NCBI GenBank assembly: GCA_964016885.1
Contig: OZ024741.1
Span: 58,900,001-58,964,000 of the forward strand
Length of the DNA: 64,000 nt
From: Eledone cirrhosa
Lineage: Eukaryota
Reading direction: 5' to 3'
The translations under genes and the position numbers were made by a program. Below are positions 26,323 to 38,842 of this stretch, piece by piece. The notes beneath the pieces were generated by a model. It did no database searches. It was given only the letters and a program-made list of their open reading frames with translations, and was not told the origin of the DNA. Numbering within the stretch: the first letter of the stretch is position 1; every line of letters starts with the position of its first letter.

Positions 26323-27254
26323 GGAATTTACCTGCCCTAGATAGATAGATGTTCGAGCAATAGTCAATCTCATGTAAAAGTGGAAACCCCTACTTTTGGC
26401 CAAAAATTCTGGAATTTCCATAGACTTCATATAAAAATCAACCCTAGTATTTCTCTTATAACAGGTCAATATATCATCTTCTATGTAGAGATAACGCTAA
26501 CAAAATCGTAATGAATTTAATGCAAATTTATATTATTGAAAATACATGTCTGAAACTAAAATTTACTCAAACATATGCCTACCTAACCGTAACCTGATGC
26601 ATAAAATTGGTAATATTACTGTAATTCATTGTGATTTTGCTTTTGTTCATTTAAGATCAGTTGGGCTTTTGCTACTGATTCAATAATTTGGATTTCAAGT
26701 CCCTCAAAAGTAGTATCTATGAAATAGTCAACTCCATAAATTTAATCTTAAAAAATAGTCTAAGGTATTTGACTTTTATATGAGTATACACAGTATATAT
26801 GGATATGATATAAACACATACACACATATGTTGTTTCATCTGCTATAATGACTCATTAGTTCTTATGTTTTATAAATAATATAGTCATTGATGTTTTATG
26901 TATTTATCAGTGTTGTGTCATAGTTTCCACATTATATTTCCTTCTCTGGCAGTTAAACTGTTTATAGACTCAGTGAATTGACAGAATTATCAGAGCATTG
27001 GTCAAAATAACACGGTATTCTTTCCTTCTGTCTGCTCTCTGAGTTCAGATCCTTCTGAGGCCTTTCAAACCCTTGGGGCAGATAAATAAATTACCTTGAC
27101 AACATCAAGGACTGGACAGGTGACAACACTATTCTGTACATGACACTTGACAGAGACTAGTGGTGACTGCTGACTACACAAATGACATAAGTGTTACCCC
27201 AATGACAGGCTGTAACAGTTGTATGAACTTGATTGATTGAGTACTGGAATTAAT

Positions 27255-27286
27255 TCTTCTCTTTCGGTCTCTCCCTCTCTCCCCTC

Positions 27287-27338
<52 letters not shown>

Positions 27339-27374
27339 TCATTCTCTGTTTCTTTCTTCTCTCTCTCTCTCTCT
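27255..27374. repeat. (TTTC)n/(CT)n polypyrimidine microsatellite
   Basis: Read directly from the sequence. Confidence 0.95.
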
Positions 27375-27624
27375 GATTTAAAATGCCCCAGACATGTTGC
27401 TCCCTCTGACTCCATCAGAAGTTGCTAACCAAGTAAAAGAAGGAATCACACTGCATTAAGAAGGTATTAATAACAAGGAATTAAATACAGTTATTCAAAT
27501 GACTTTCTAGGAAGGTTATGGTCAGTGTGAGGAGTTTGGAGGTAATTAGATATTTTTCTGGAAATTAAAAGAAAAATGAAGGGAGGCTGGATTTTGGATT
27601 TACAGCTCAATCTGAAACAAATGA

Positions 27625-28240
27625 GGTACTTTATTTTATCCTCTTCAGAAGAATGAAAGGCAAAGATGATCTGAATGGGATTTGAACTCAGAACATAGAG
27701 AACTAGAATAAATCCACTCTAAGAGTTCTGCCAATCCTTAGAAGAATCACTTCTAGTACTTTACTGGTACTTTATTTATTAACCCTGAAAGGATGAAAGC
27801 AATGTTGACCTTGGTGGGATTATTTGTCCGCTTTCCATGCTGGTATGAGTTGGACCGATTGTTGCAGTCTCTGACCAGATTGGTCAGAACAATATGTATT
27901 GCTCATACGCTCCATATTTGGCATGGTTTAGGGCTGGATGCCATTCCTAACACCAACCAACTTAAAAGGTGTATGAGTGGGGTTTTTTTTTGTTGCACCA
28001 TCACCACCATTTTAAAGAGTGTGCTGTGTGTGTGTGTTTCTATGGCATCAACATAACACTTTACAGGATGTGCTGGGTGCACTTTTTGTGCCACTGACAC
28101 TAACACTTTATAGGGTGTACTGGGTGTTTTTTTTTTGGAGGGGGAACGAGAACCAACACTAACACTTTACAGAGTGTACTGGGTGTGTATCCATACAACC
28201 ATGGAAAAATGGATATTAAAAGGGTGATGATGATGATGAC
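27625..28240. mobile_element. Cluster of degenerate SINE pieces and RTE tails
   Basis: GGTACTTTATTT..GATGAAAGGCAAAG pieces at ~27625 and ~27765; minus-strand RTE tail from 27825 with UTR repeats AACACTTTACAG; plus-strand (GAT)n tail to 28240. Confidence 0.7.
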
Positions 28241-29617
28241 CATCAATAAATAGGTTATCACTTATTCCTCCAGACTGAAGGGTCATCTCAAACTCTTTAT
28301 TTTCACTATAGCCTCCAGATTCTCACTATATTTACAAGAACAAAATGCCACAAAGCATTTGTCTGATTCTCAAATGATTCTGTGAAAGCAAAATTGACTG
28401 TAGCAGGTTTTGAACACAGAACTTAAAGATACATAATTAAATACTTCAAACCAATTATTTGAATGTTTCCCTCGTACTGCACTTGCCTTCTCTGATAATG
28501 TGTTATTGTGTTGAACGAGGAAGAATTTAGAAGAAATATCGAATTTCTTTGATTTCTTTCCAAGCATTGTTTTGGTTTTGCATCCTTACATTTACTGCAC
28601 AATGCCTCCAGCAAATTACCATATGTGTGGGTTTATGTATGTATAGATATATATATAAGGATATGAATGTATGTATGTATCTATCTGTCTAACTGTCCTT
28701 AGATGGTATCAAATGTTACATTATACCACTATCTTTCAGAGGCAACAGTCACTGAATCATTTGTGAAATTTCGTACTTCCCTTCAGGGATATATTGATGA
28801 AGAACATCATGAAATAGAAGCTGTATTGAACACACACATGCACATGCACACATACGCACATGCACACATGCACAAGCATATATATAAAGTAGTGGTACCA
28901 TGATAAAATATACATAGCGCATGTTATATAGTTAATGGCACTAAGAAAGGTATCCAACCATAGAAGTCATGCCAAAAATGGAACATATGAGTGAGACACA
29001 GTCATCTGATCTCTCTAGCTTCAGAATGTCACAATCTGTTTAACCCAAGAATGGAAAATAGACGTGAAATGATGATGATGATGATGATGGGGTGATTGAG
29101 AGATCGAAGTTTCAGCAGTAATGCCGTGTTCATATATATATATATATACAGGGACATGGAAATACTTGCTTTTGTGCCTGAGTGTGCAGTTAGCCCACCA
29201 GGCCAGGAGTGAGAGACCTCAGGTCCTTGTTAGGACATCATCCTTGTTAGGAGAAGGGAAACTCTGATGTAAAACATGAGACTGGATGGCAGCCAATGAT
29301 GTCAACCTGTTCTTTTTTTTTGGATACCTATCATCGTTGTTCAGAGAGTGATATTGCTCCATTGTAAGGCCTTTCTTCACTGAAAAAAGCTTCAAGCACA
29401 TACACCACAATCTAGACATCCTTCATGTGTGTTGCATGAGTATGAGTGGCCATAGCTAAAAACTATTATTTTTGCACAGCAGCTTATTCAGAAAGGAATA
29501 TAAATTCTTGGAAGGGTTAAAATGTCATATTTGTGTCTCCCATGTGCGAGAAAAGAATCAAGTGATGGCTATTCTCAATGAAATACATCCGTCATGTATG
29601 AGTGTGTATATATAATG

Positions 29618-30175
29618 TGACCTGACCTACCCCCAACTTCCACTAGCCCCCCCCACACACACCTGACCTACCTCAACTTCCACTAGCCCCCCCCCCCCAC
29701 ACACACCTGACCTACCTCAACTTCCACTAGCACTTACTTTCAACATCGCTACTTCACCCCCCACCCCCACCTGACCTACCCCAACTTCCACTAGCCCCCC
29801 CCCCACACCTGACCTACCTCAACTTCCACTTATTCTCAACATCACTACTTCACCCCTCTCCACACACCTGACCTACCCCAACTTCCACTAGCACCCCCCA
29901 CACACACCTGACCTACCCCAACTTCCACTAGCACCCCCCCCCCCACCTGACCTACCCCAACTTCCACTTATTTTCAACATCACTACTTCACACCCCCCCT
30001 CCCTCCACACACCTGACCTACCCCAACTTCCACTACCCCCCCACACACACCTGACCTACCCCAACTTCCACTTATTCTCAACATCACTACTTCACCCCCC
30101 CCTCTACACACACCTGACCTACCCCAACTTCCACTTATTCTCAACATCACTACTTCACCCCCCCTCTACACACAC
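29618..30175. repeat. C-rich minisatellite with two alternating unit types (~36 and ~55 bp)
   Basis: Core CACACCTGACCTACCCCAACTTCCACT occurs ~11x, followed by either AGCCCCCC or TATTCTCAACATCACTACTTCACCCC. Confidence 0.95.
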
Positions 30176-30204
30176 ACATACATCCTAACAGTTTCCCCCT
30201 CTTC

Positions 30205-30600
30205 CATGAAGTTGTTGGGGATAGGAAGAGCTTTCAGCTATGGAGAGCTTTCCAAACAAACAAACAAAAGGTCGGGAAGACCCTTCAGCCACATCCAGAA
30301 CATGACAGCTTCCCTAGTGCTGATGATCTACATGATAAACGCACCTAGTACATGCTGTAAAGTGGTTGGTGATAGGAAGGGCATCAAGCTGTAGAAAGCT
30401 TGTGAGACAGAGTTGGAAGGACCCTTCAGTCGTGTCAAGGACATGACAACCTCCCTAGTGATAGTAATTTACTCAATAAATGCACTCAATATACACTGTA
30501 AAGTGGTTGCTGGTAGGAAGGGGATCTAGTAATATAAATCTTGCCAAAGAAAGGGTTGGGAGGACCTTCAGTTGTGTCAAAGGCATGACAACCTCTCTTG
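30205..30600 (+). repeat. Three ~145-bp tandem units containing RTE-tail sequence
   Basis: GTGGTTGG.GATAGGAAGGGCATC.AGCTGTAGAAA...GGAAGGACCCTTCAG...CATGACAACCTCCCTAGTG occurs three times, diverged. Confidence 0.75.
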
Positions 30601-30774
30601 AGCCCTCGATGGAACACATGCCCATACATACACAGATCCCTGGCCTGTCTGGGAGATCAGTGGTTACACTTCAGTACTGATTTGGTCTGCATGGACCTGT
30701 CCAACCCTTGCTTGCAAGGAAAGCAAATGTTAAAATGATGATAATGATGATGATGATGATGATGATATATATAT

Positions 30775-30844
<70 letters not shown>

Positions 30845-31068
30845 CATATGCATACATAAACACACACACGCATATATATATACATATTTGGTAAAATATG
30901 TGTTAATCACTGACACTATTATATGCAGAATAGAGCACTCAATGAAGTATACAAGTAGGGCTGCTTACTCAGGGATATAATTATAATAGCATATATAACA
31001 GCAATTATATAATGAATAAATAAAATAAATTCTAACCTGTTGGCTTGTATTTTCCTATTATATATATA

Positions 31069-31636
31069 CTAACTGACCCCGTGCTGTCAAAAGTTGCTAA
31101 ACGCAATATCTATACATAATATAAGAAAAGGGATGTTTGTTTCTTGGTTGGTTCCTTCACACTCACACAAGTGATACAAATACACACGCACACAGCTGTG
31201 ACAAATCTTAGAATGGTGGACATCTATAGTTTCTTACTTCCTCCTTTCTCAGTCATCACATAGATGTGTGTGTATGTAATAATTATTTTTTCTAAGTGTG
31301 TCTGTTTATATATATGTATATGTCGATGCGTGTGTGTTTGTAATTCTATTGTCTAAGTATCTTTCTAAATAAACGCACACAAATGCATATACACTCACAC
31401 AAATATTACATATAAATATAATTTACACAAACACTCACATAATCATAGCAGCCAGTGTGTGTAGCCAATTCGCTATACATATATACACACACACACACAC
31501 AGATGTAGCGAATGTTAGATGCTACTTTCTGTATTTTGTCATCACCCCCTCCTTCGTCAGTCAACGTAATCACCCCTTCCTTCCTTAGTCGAGTTCCTAC
31601 TGCATTGTGGACAAATACACAAGGCTATTATATTAG
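31069..31636 (-). mobile_element. Possible degenerate non-autonomous Helitron
   Basis: Minus strand starts CTAATATAATAGCCTTGTGTATTTGTCC and ends CAGCACGGGGTCAGTTAG|T (half hairpin, TTAG instead of CTAG); internal CA/TG runs. Confidence 0.4.
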
Positions 31637-32100
31637 TTTGCATATATATATATAGAAAGATAGATAGAGGGGTGGGGGCAGATGGATAGATAGATATGTA
31701 GCTAAAAAAGCACCTTGTTAAGAAATGCAAAGCAGTGAAGAAATACTCAATATAGTTGCCCGAGGATCAGTAAAAAAAACTCTACCAGCTAATCAAGACC
31801 CAGCTTTGAATATGTAATATTAAAATTTGACACATAATGACATATGTTAAAATTACACATCAACACAAATGTAACCTTGAAAATTACACTTTGAAAAGTT
31901 CACGTGAGCTGAAACTTGTTATTAAAAAAAAAATCAGAGATAACCATGATTCTTTCTGCAAACACCTTAAAACATTTCCATAATTTATTTATGAACTAAT
32001 TGTACGTTTTCATATATATATATATATATATATAAACACTGGTTGCACCTTCAACTTTATATATATATATATATATATATTTATTAAAATAACAGATTAA

Positions 32101-32151
32101 AGTTTAAGCAAAGAATCGCTGCTTTCACCCTTAACGGGATCTTCTGAAACT
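32101..32151 (-). ncRNA. Hammerhead-like motif with variant core in the PLE terminal repeat
   Basis: AGTTT CAGAAGA TCCC GTTAA GGGT GAA AGCA GCGATTCTT TGCT T AAACT: all three stems form, the core has A at position 4, there is a U.U pair at the stem II base, and the triplet is CUU. Confidence 0.65.
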
Positions 32152-33085
32152 AACAAAGTCAATCTGTAAATGCAGAAGTGGATATTTCAAAAAACGTAGC
32201 AACCGGAGGAAGACAGGAAGACGATACTTTGGTTTGTGGAAACATTCGCTGGCAAAGAACGGGAAAAAACGAATAAGATACGTCATTAATAGGAGCGGTG
32301 AAAAACAATTACGCGCAAAGACGGAACCACGTTTATGGTATAAAAGAGGTCGTAGACTAATGTTCTCTTAGGTGGTTCATAGAGACGTTCTCTGGCGATG
32401 AACGAAAAAAACGAAGATAATACGTCATATGTGGAGCGTGGAGAACAATAGCACGCAAAGACAAAACCACGTAAATGGTATAGCAGAGGTCGTAGACTAA
32501 AATTCTAACTAGGAGACCGAATGAATCTCCGCTACAGAGTTAAGAACAAAGTAAATAAATACAATACAGAAGTAATAGAAATAAATAAATACGTACACGC
32601 AAACAAATACGTACATACACAAGCATACGCAAAACACTTACCATAGGTATACAAAACCACGCACATATAAATATGTGTGTGTGTGTGTATGCGTGTATAC
32701 AAATAAATAAATAATTATATAAACGTATATAAATAAATAAATACGTATATAACAAGCGCACACACATACCTACATGTAAATACATAAAGTTCGGAGACGT
32801 AAGTCAACCAAAACATGAAGTACGCATATACACACACCCTACATACGTACGAACCAGCATACTCACACAGACGCAAAACTCCCGTATACACATAGCCAAA
32901 CCATATGTACCAGAATAAAAAAATTATACGCCATAACATAAACAATCAAATATACGTACGAGAAGGTATACGTACCTTCACGAAACATACCGGTAATATA
33001 TACTTACCTATGCAAATAAGTAATGGTATAAACAAAACATACTTAGCTCCCACATCAAGACGTAAATATCCACGTATAGATCGTA

Positions 33086-35180
33086 CTATCCGTTAGGGTA
33101 TAACGTGGGGCTGTAATACAGGAAAGTTTTGTGCAATTTATGTTTACAAGCCGAAATTGCCTCAGATTTTTTGTTTAAGATGTGGTCTGTGGCGTAGAGT
33201 ATTTCCAGGGCCTCAGCGGTCACATGGTCTTTTATTTCCGTTATACGATCTAGCCCTAGCTAGGATGTCCCAGTGTAACTTATATTGGGTGTGGTTGTCT
33301 TTTAGACTCCAGATATAAGCTGAAAGTGACGTCATGTTCCTTCTTAGAGGGTAACGAAAAGAATGGGTATGCGTGTAAAGACGCTGCTTGAATCTATTGG
33401 CGGTTAACCCTATGTAGGCCCTACGGGACGTGGGTGTTACAACCTTACATTTGTAGACAATGTTACTAGAGAGGCATTTCCCGGATAGGGGGCAATCAAC
33501 CCGATTCCTACAATTACAGTTAGTACTAACTACAGTGTTGCACGTGTTCCTACGGCTAGGTAGTTTAGCTAAATTTGAAGCTGTGATGTTATGTGCAAGG
33601 TTAGGAGTCGTAGAGTAAGAAATTTTAATAGTATTTCTATTAAAATTTTACTATATTTATGTGTAGGGGGAAAATGCTTCGTAATAAGGGAAAGAAAGAT
33701 CTTAGCTAATGGTGTGGCCACCTCCATATTATATGGTGGGTTATACCAACAAATGCGACAGGATCTATTTCTTCTAGGTCTATTATCGTACTCTGTATAT
33801 GCTACCTTATTGACAAATCCACTTCGAGCAAGAGCTTCATTGTAATAAGTGGAATGGTCGTTGAAAATACGCTCGTTGGTGGAAAGACGGGAAAGCCTCA
33901 ACGAAACGTTTCTTACCAGGTTCTTGGTTATGCTGGCAGGATGGTTGGAATGCTTACTTATGTAATTAAGCGTATCATTCGGCTTTCTATACGGGTAATA
34001 CAACCCATTCAATAAATTGAGGGTAACGTCAAGGTAATTAACGACCGAGAGATTGGCCTCAATCTGTATAGAGAGGGTGAAGCCTTTAAAGAAGGCTGTG
34101 AGTTCTTTTCTGAACCTGTCGCAAGCACGAGGTCCGCACTTAGTCATGGTCAAAAGACCATCGTCACGGTACAAACCCCCGCCCGCGTTGGGGAATTCGT
34201 CCTTGATAGAGAAAAGAAGGAAAAGGCCGATAAGATCAGTAACCTCCGTAAAATCACTGGCGCCCATACTCACGTCGAATGGGGTACTATTGGATTTTTT
34301 AATCCAAATAGAGTCACCGACTTTCGGGCATTGAGGATGACATCAACTTCGAAATCCTTAACCACTGTGAGTGTTTTAGCGAAATTGATAGCTCTAAGGA
34401 GAAGTGGTAAAGTGATGGAGGAGTAGTAATTGTTGATGTCGAATTGGATAAAACGGCAATGTTCCTTGTTATATATGCCGTTGAACCAATCAATCACCGC
34501 AAAAGAATTGTTCCACAGTGCGAGAGGGGCCAAACTTCTAATTTCAGGTATAATTCTATCAAGAATCGTTTTACTAAGTCTACCTAAATCGAACTTCGTA
34601 AGGTTAATAAGCCGAATAGAGGAGTTGTTCGGAAAATTGGATTTGTGATCCTTCAGGGTAAAGTGGGGAGAAATAGGGTCCAGAGGTTCGGTCCTGTCCA
34701 GGATGTTGAGATCAGATGTGATTTTAAACCAAGCATCGTTGATTTCATTGATGACGCACCGATTAGTTTTACGGTAATCCTTAGTTACAGCATTATGTAG
34801 TAGTTGATGGTAAGTACTGCGCGCCACTGGATATAGGTTGCCAGTTTTGTCGGAATGGACGTGCACGGCGTTAGAATCCTTAATAGAACGAATTCTATTC
34901 TTCAGGTCTTGCTGGAAGCAATTGCTCCTATTCCGAAATTTGATACTCCGAATGAGTTCCAAGACATCATTTTCTAAGGGTAGCAATGCTGGGTTACACG
35001 GGGGTTATTATAGGTTTTAAATCCAAATTTATCCTGTTTGTTGTCTGCTTTTCGCGGGTTATCGAAATAAAAGGCACGCCAACGCAACCTTTTAATGAAC
35101 GCGTCTGTTTTCTGTATCAGGAGTTTTAGGTATGTTTTCCTGCTTGGAACGGGTATGTTCTTTGTAGAAATATTCAGATG
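33086..35180 (-). pseudogene. Frameshifted PLE ORF (N-terminal domain, RT, GIY-YIG)
   Basis: LNISTKNIPVP...[69 protein letters not shown]...YIGLT..FKQR, LNKKSE..CKH, stop at 33086-33088. Several frameshifts, a deletion over the CxxC, and no in-frame ATG seen. Confidence 0.92.
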
Positions 35181-35364
35181 TTGTTTCTGTATGATGAATA
35201 TAAGTCAGTAGAAGATCCCGTTAAGGGTGAAAGCAGCGATTCTTTGCTTAAACTTTAATCTGTTATTTTAATAAATATTTGCTCTACGGTTCTTATATAT
35301 TTGATATATATTTATCCTTATCGAGCCCTCTTTGGATTTTAGTCTTCAAATTTATTATTATTAC

Positions 35365-35410
<46 letters not shown>

Positions 35411-35552
35411 TATATTAAAATATATTTTAATATATATTTTATTAATATTTGTATTTTAATATTAATAACTCCAGAAAATTATTTTTCGTAGAGTGCTTCC
35501 AATCTACTGTAAAATTCATTCTCTGATATACTCATTGAATCTTGTTTAACTC

Positions 35553-35594
<42 letters not shown>

Positions 35595-35822
35595 CTATAA
35601 GATGTAGGATGCTCATACACAAAAAATAGCTCATAAAAATTGGGCAAAGACCCCCAGCAAGATTTTCCTGTGTCTGAATTTCTACATTTTTTATAAATTT
35701 ATTTCCTCAGCGCTTAGTAAATTTGAAAATTTGAGCTTCACACATTACGTTCATATATATATATATATATTAGAAAGTGAGGTTTTTTTTACAAAATGTA
35801 AAATAACCGAGTGAAAGTATAA

Positions 35823-36048
35823 AGAAAAAAAGATGAAATCGAAAATGCAACTGGAGTCTTATTTAAAAAAAAAAATATATATTTATTTGGTTTCTTTACC
35901 GGTTTCACATGTAAGAAAAACCACAGACCCTCCATCTCAACTCTACTTTTGAAAACCAGAAGAACTGCGAAACCGGTAAAGGAACCAAATAAATATATAT
36001 ATTTTTTTTTAAATAAGACTCCAGTTGCATTTTCGATTTCATCTTTTT

Positions 36049-36052
<4 letters not shown>
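35823..36052. repeat. Inverted repeat, ~84-bp arms and ~62-bp spacer, between (TA)n runs
   Basis: 35823-35906 is nearly the exact reverse complement of 35969-36052. Confidence 0.95.
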
Positions 36053-36084
<32 letters not shown>

Positions 36085-36533
36085 AAATGATGAAAATGAT
36101 ATATATAGAACATCTTATACAGAACATCTTAAACATATCACTAATGGGTCGATAAAATATTGTTCTCTTGGGATATATAATATTTCAAGCAACTTATATT
36201 GAGGAGCCTGATCAAAATCCCCAACCATAAAAACAGTCTATGAATTGAAAAATAAATAAGTCAGATCAGTTCAATAGTTGATGTGGTCATCATTATCCGA
36301 TCAAATTTTTCGATTTTTTTTTTACAGTTTCTGAATCGGAGAATAATTCAAACCAATCAATAAATCGATATGTTCATCATTACCAGAATCAGTATTCTTC
36401 TTTGGAGGGAATTTTCTGATTTAGTACTAGACTAATATATACCTGTTAAGCGAGATCTTATTCCTCAGTCATCCAGCGTGGTGCACTTGAAATTAAGTAA
36501 TGATAAGGCATGCTTGCATAAATGACTACAAGT

Positions 36534-38024
36534 ATCATCATCATCATCATCAACGTTTAACGTCCGTGTTCCACGCTTGCATGGGTTTGGACGGGGGTAG
36601 TCCCACTTGAGGCAAGAGTGATTGTCTTGCTCGCATAGGACTGTCTGGCAGGTTTTCTACAGTTGGATGCCCTTCCTAACACCAACCACATTTACAGTGT
36701 GGGTCTGGGAGGTTTTTACCGTGTTGCCTACACGGCCACATTACAGCGTGGACTGTGTGTTTTTTTGTCGTGACACCTACACGATCTCATTTGTTTCGGC
36801 CTACACGATCTCATTTGTTTCGGCCTGGATGGCGCGGCACCAACATAACTTTACATAGAACGGGGTGGTGTGGATGGGGTGGGGGTGGGGGTGGTGGGAC
36901 GGGGTGTATTTTGTTAGAGATGCCTACTGGCTGGAGTAGGTTTTACTATATATATTTAGGTAAGGCGGGTCTTCTCTGTTACTGAGTACCGCCAAAGGTC
37001 TCGGTCCAGTGACATTGTCTTGGAGAGGTGTAAGTGTGTGATGTCGGAGTTTATCAGCTCGTCCCAGGTTTTTCTAGGTCTGCCTATTCCGTGACTACCG
37101 TCTATCTTTATTGCCCTGCACTTTGTTATACAGCTATCGACTTTCATGCACATCACGTGTCCATACCAACGTAGCCTTCTCTCGAGTAAACAACATCTGA
37201 TCCCTCTTATCTCTAATTTTTCCTTAGTTTGTTTCTGCTTTGCCGTTCACGTATATTACTGTTACACATCCAGCGGAGCATGCAAGCTTCGTTCCTCTCT
37301 AGTCTGCGTATATCCTCTGCACACAATGCCCAGGTCTCACTGCCATGCAACATTGCTGTTCGTATGCAGGCATCGTACAACCTGCCTTTCATTTTTAGGG
37401 AAAACCCTTTAGCAGCTAATAGTGGTATAAGCTCTCTGAACTTTTTCCAACCAGTTCTGACTCTAGCTACAGTACTTTCAGAGCACCCTCCCCCACTGCT
37501 GATTTTATCGCCCAGGTAACGGAAGCTGTCCACTATTTCTATAGAACCCTCTGCGCAATTGAAAGAGCTAGTATTTTGTGGGCACTTGCTGCTACTTATT
37601 GCACCAGAACACCGGCCACATGTAAAATCTATGTTCTTAGTTAGCTTACCTGTGATCCCACTACATCTTTTATGCACTCATACTTTGCATTTAGGACATA
37701 AAATGGAGTTTCTACCTACGCCTTTCCTACACACCGAGCACCACCATTTCCCAGAAGGGACCGCCGCCTTGTTTTCTTTCCTACAAACTAGAACTTTGGT
37801 CTTAGCCAGGTTAATTTTAAGTCCTTTTGACTCTAGGCCGTGCTTCCATGTTTGGAATTTCTTCTCTAGCTCGGCCATTGATTCCGCTATGAGTGTCAGG
37901 TCGTCTGCGTATAGGAGTTCCCATGGGCAGCCTGTCTTGAACTCCTCTGTTATAGCCTGAAGGGCAATAATAAATAGTAGGGGGCTGAGAACAGAGCCCT
38001 GATGGACGCCAACTTTTACGCTAA
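36534..38024 (-). mobile_element. 5'-truncated RTE LINE (KTRLT subfamily), disrupted
   Basis: GVHQGSVLSPLLF, LYADDL, PHD-like Cys motif with a Trp>stop at 37678, frameshift near 37220, 24-bp tandem duplication at 36777-36824, (GAT)n tail. Confidence 0.95.
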
Positions 38025-38148
38025 GTATATATTTGTATAAATGGGACAAAAAGACAGGCCTAAAATGCCACTAGAAATAGCAGTCAATACGGTCATCTTA
38101 TCAGCTCAACGTTAATTAGGAGCAGCATTATTAATTATATATATATAT

Positions 38149-38826
38149 TAGATGCAGCACTAACATAGTGAGGTTCATAATAGGAGAGTATATGAAAGCG
38201 CATATATTTATTTTTAATAAATATATGAGTCTTACTATGAATCTTTTTAAAGCCGTGATCATTTCGTAGTAGTGGTGAGAATGTCTGACAGCTGTTTCTC
38301 AATTTTATCCATGATCAGTGACATTTACTTGCTACTGAAACAAAAGTGGCATACTGTATATATGAATTTCACATATGAAACATCAGTATTTATTGGTATA
38401 TAGTGTGAACTTGACTGGTTTGAGTTAATTAGAAGTGGCACTAAAATAGTATGGTTCACCATAGGGATGTATCTGAAAGCATAAACAATATGTTTATGTA
38501 TACAATATGTTTATGTGTACAAAATATACAGAGTTTCACTCTGAAATTTTTTAAAGCTTTGGTCATGTCACAGCTGTCTCAGTAGTAGGGAGAATGCCAG
38601 CTGTTTCTGGATTTTATCCTTCACTAGTGACACTTGCTCACTGAAACAAAATAGGCTGAAGTCTGTATGGTTTTTGCATATGTAACAGCAGCTGGTGATG
38701 CTTATTAGCATTCTCACTGTTATTGAGACACCACCTGTAGTGATCACAGCTTAAAAAAATTCATAGCAAGACTCTCATATGTTTATTATACATAAACATA
38801 TCGTATATGCTTTCATATGCACCCTT
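38149..38826. repeat. Unclassified repeat: two diverged ~270-bp direct copies plus an inverted partial copy
   Basis: 38149-38388 and 38431-38695 share GCACTAA.ATAGT..GGTTCA, GAGAATG..CAGCTGTTTCT..ATTTTATCC and CTGAAACAAAA; 38705-38826 is the reverse complement of the first half. Confidence 0.75.
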
Positions 38827-38842
38827 ATGATATATATATGCA

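Larger units (their letters stand above)
32077..35278 (-). mobile_element. Near full-length Penelope-like element (probably Hydra clade) with 69-bp perfect terminal inverted repeats, next to (TA)n
   Basis: 32077-32145 is the exact reverse complement of 35210-35278; these enclose a broken RT + GIY-YIG ORF and a ~1-kb 3' UTR. The clade is assigned from recalled motif patterns, not from a tree. Confidence 0.9.

Noticed and set aside
28740-28825. Possible host exon after CTTTCAG (EATVTESFVKFRTSLQGYIDEEHHEIEA)
   Set aside because: Weak donor, no recognisable homology and no partner exons; RNA-seq would be needed.
36122-36238. Minus-strand VGDFDQ peptide resembling helicase motif III after a polypyrimidine-AG
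   Set aside because: A single short motif with no other helicase motifs in frame and no good donor.
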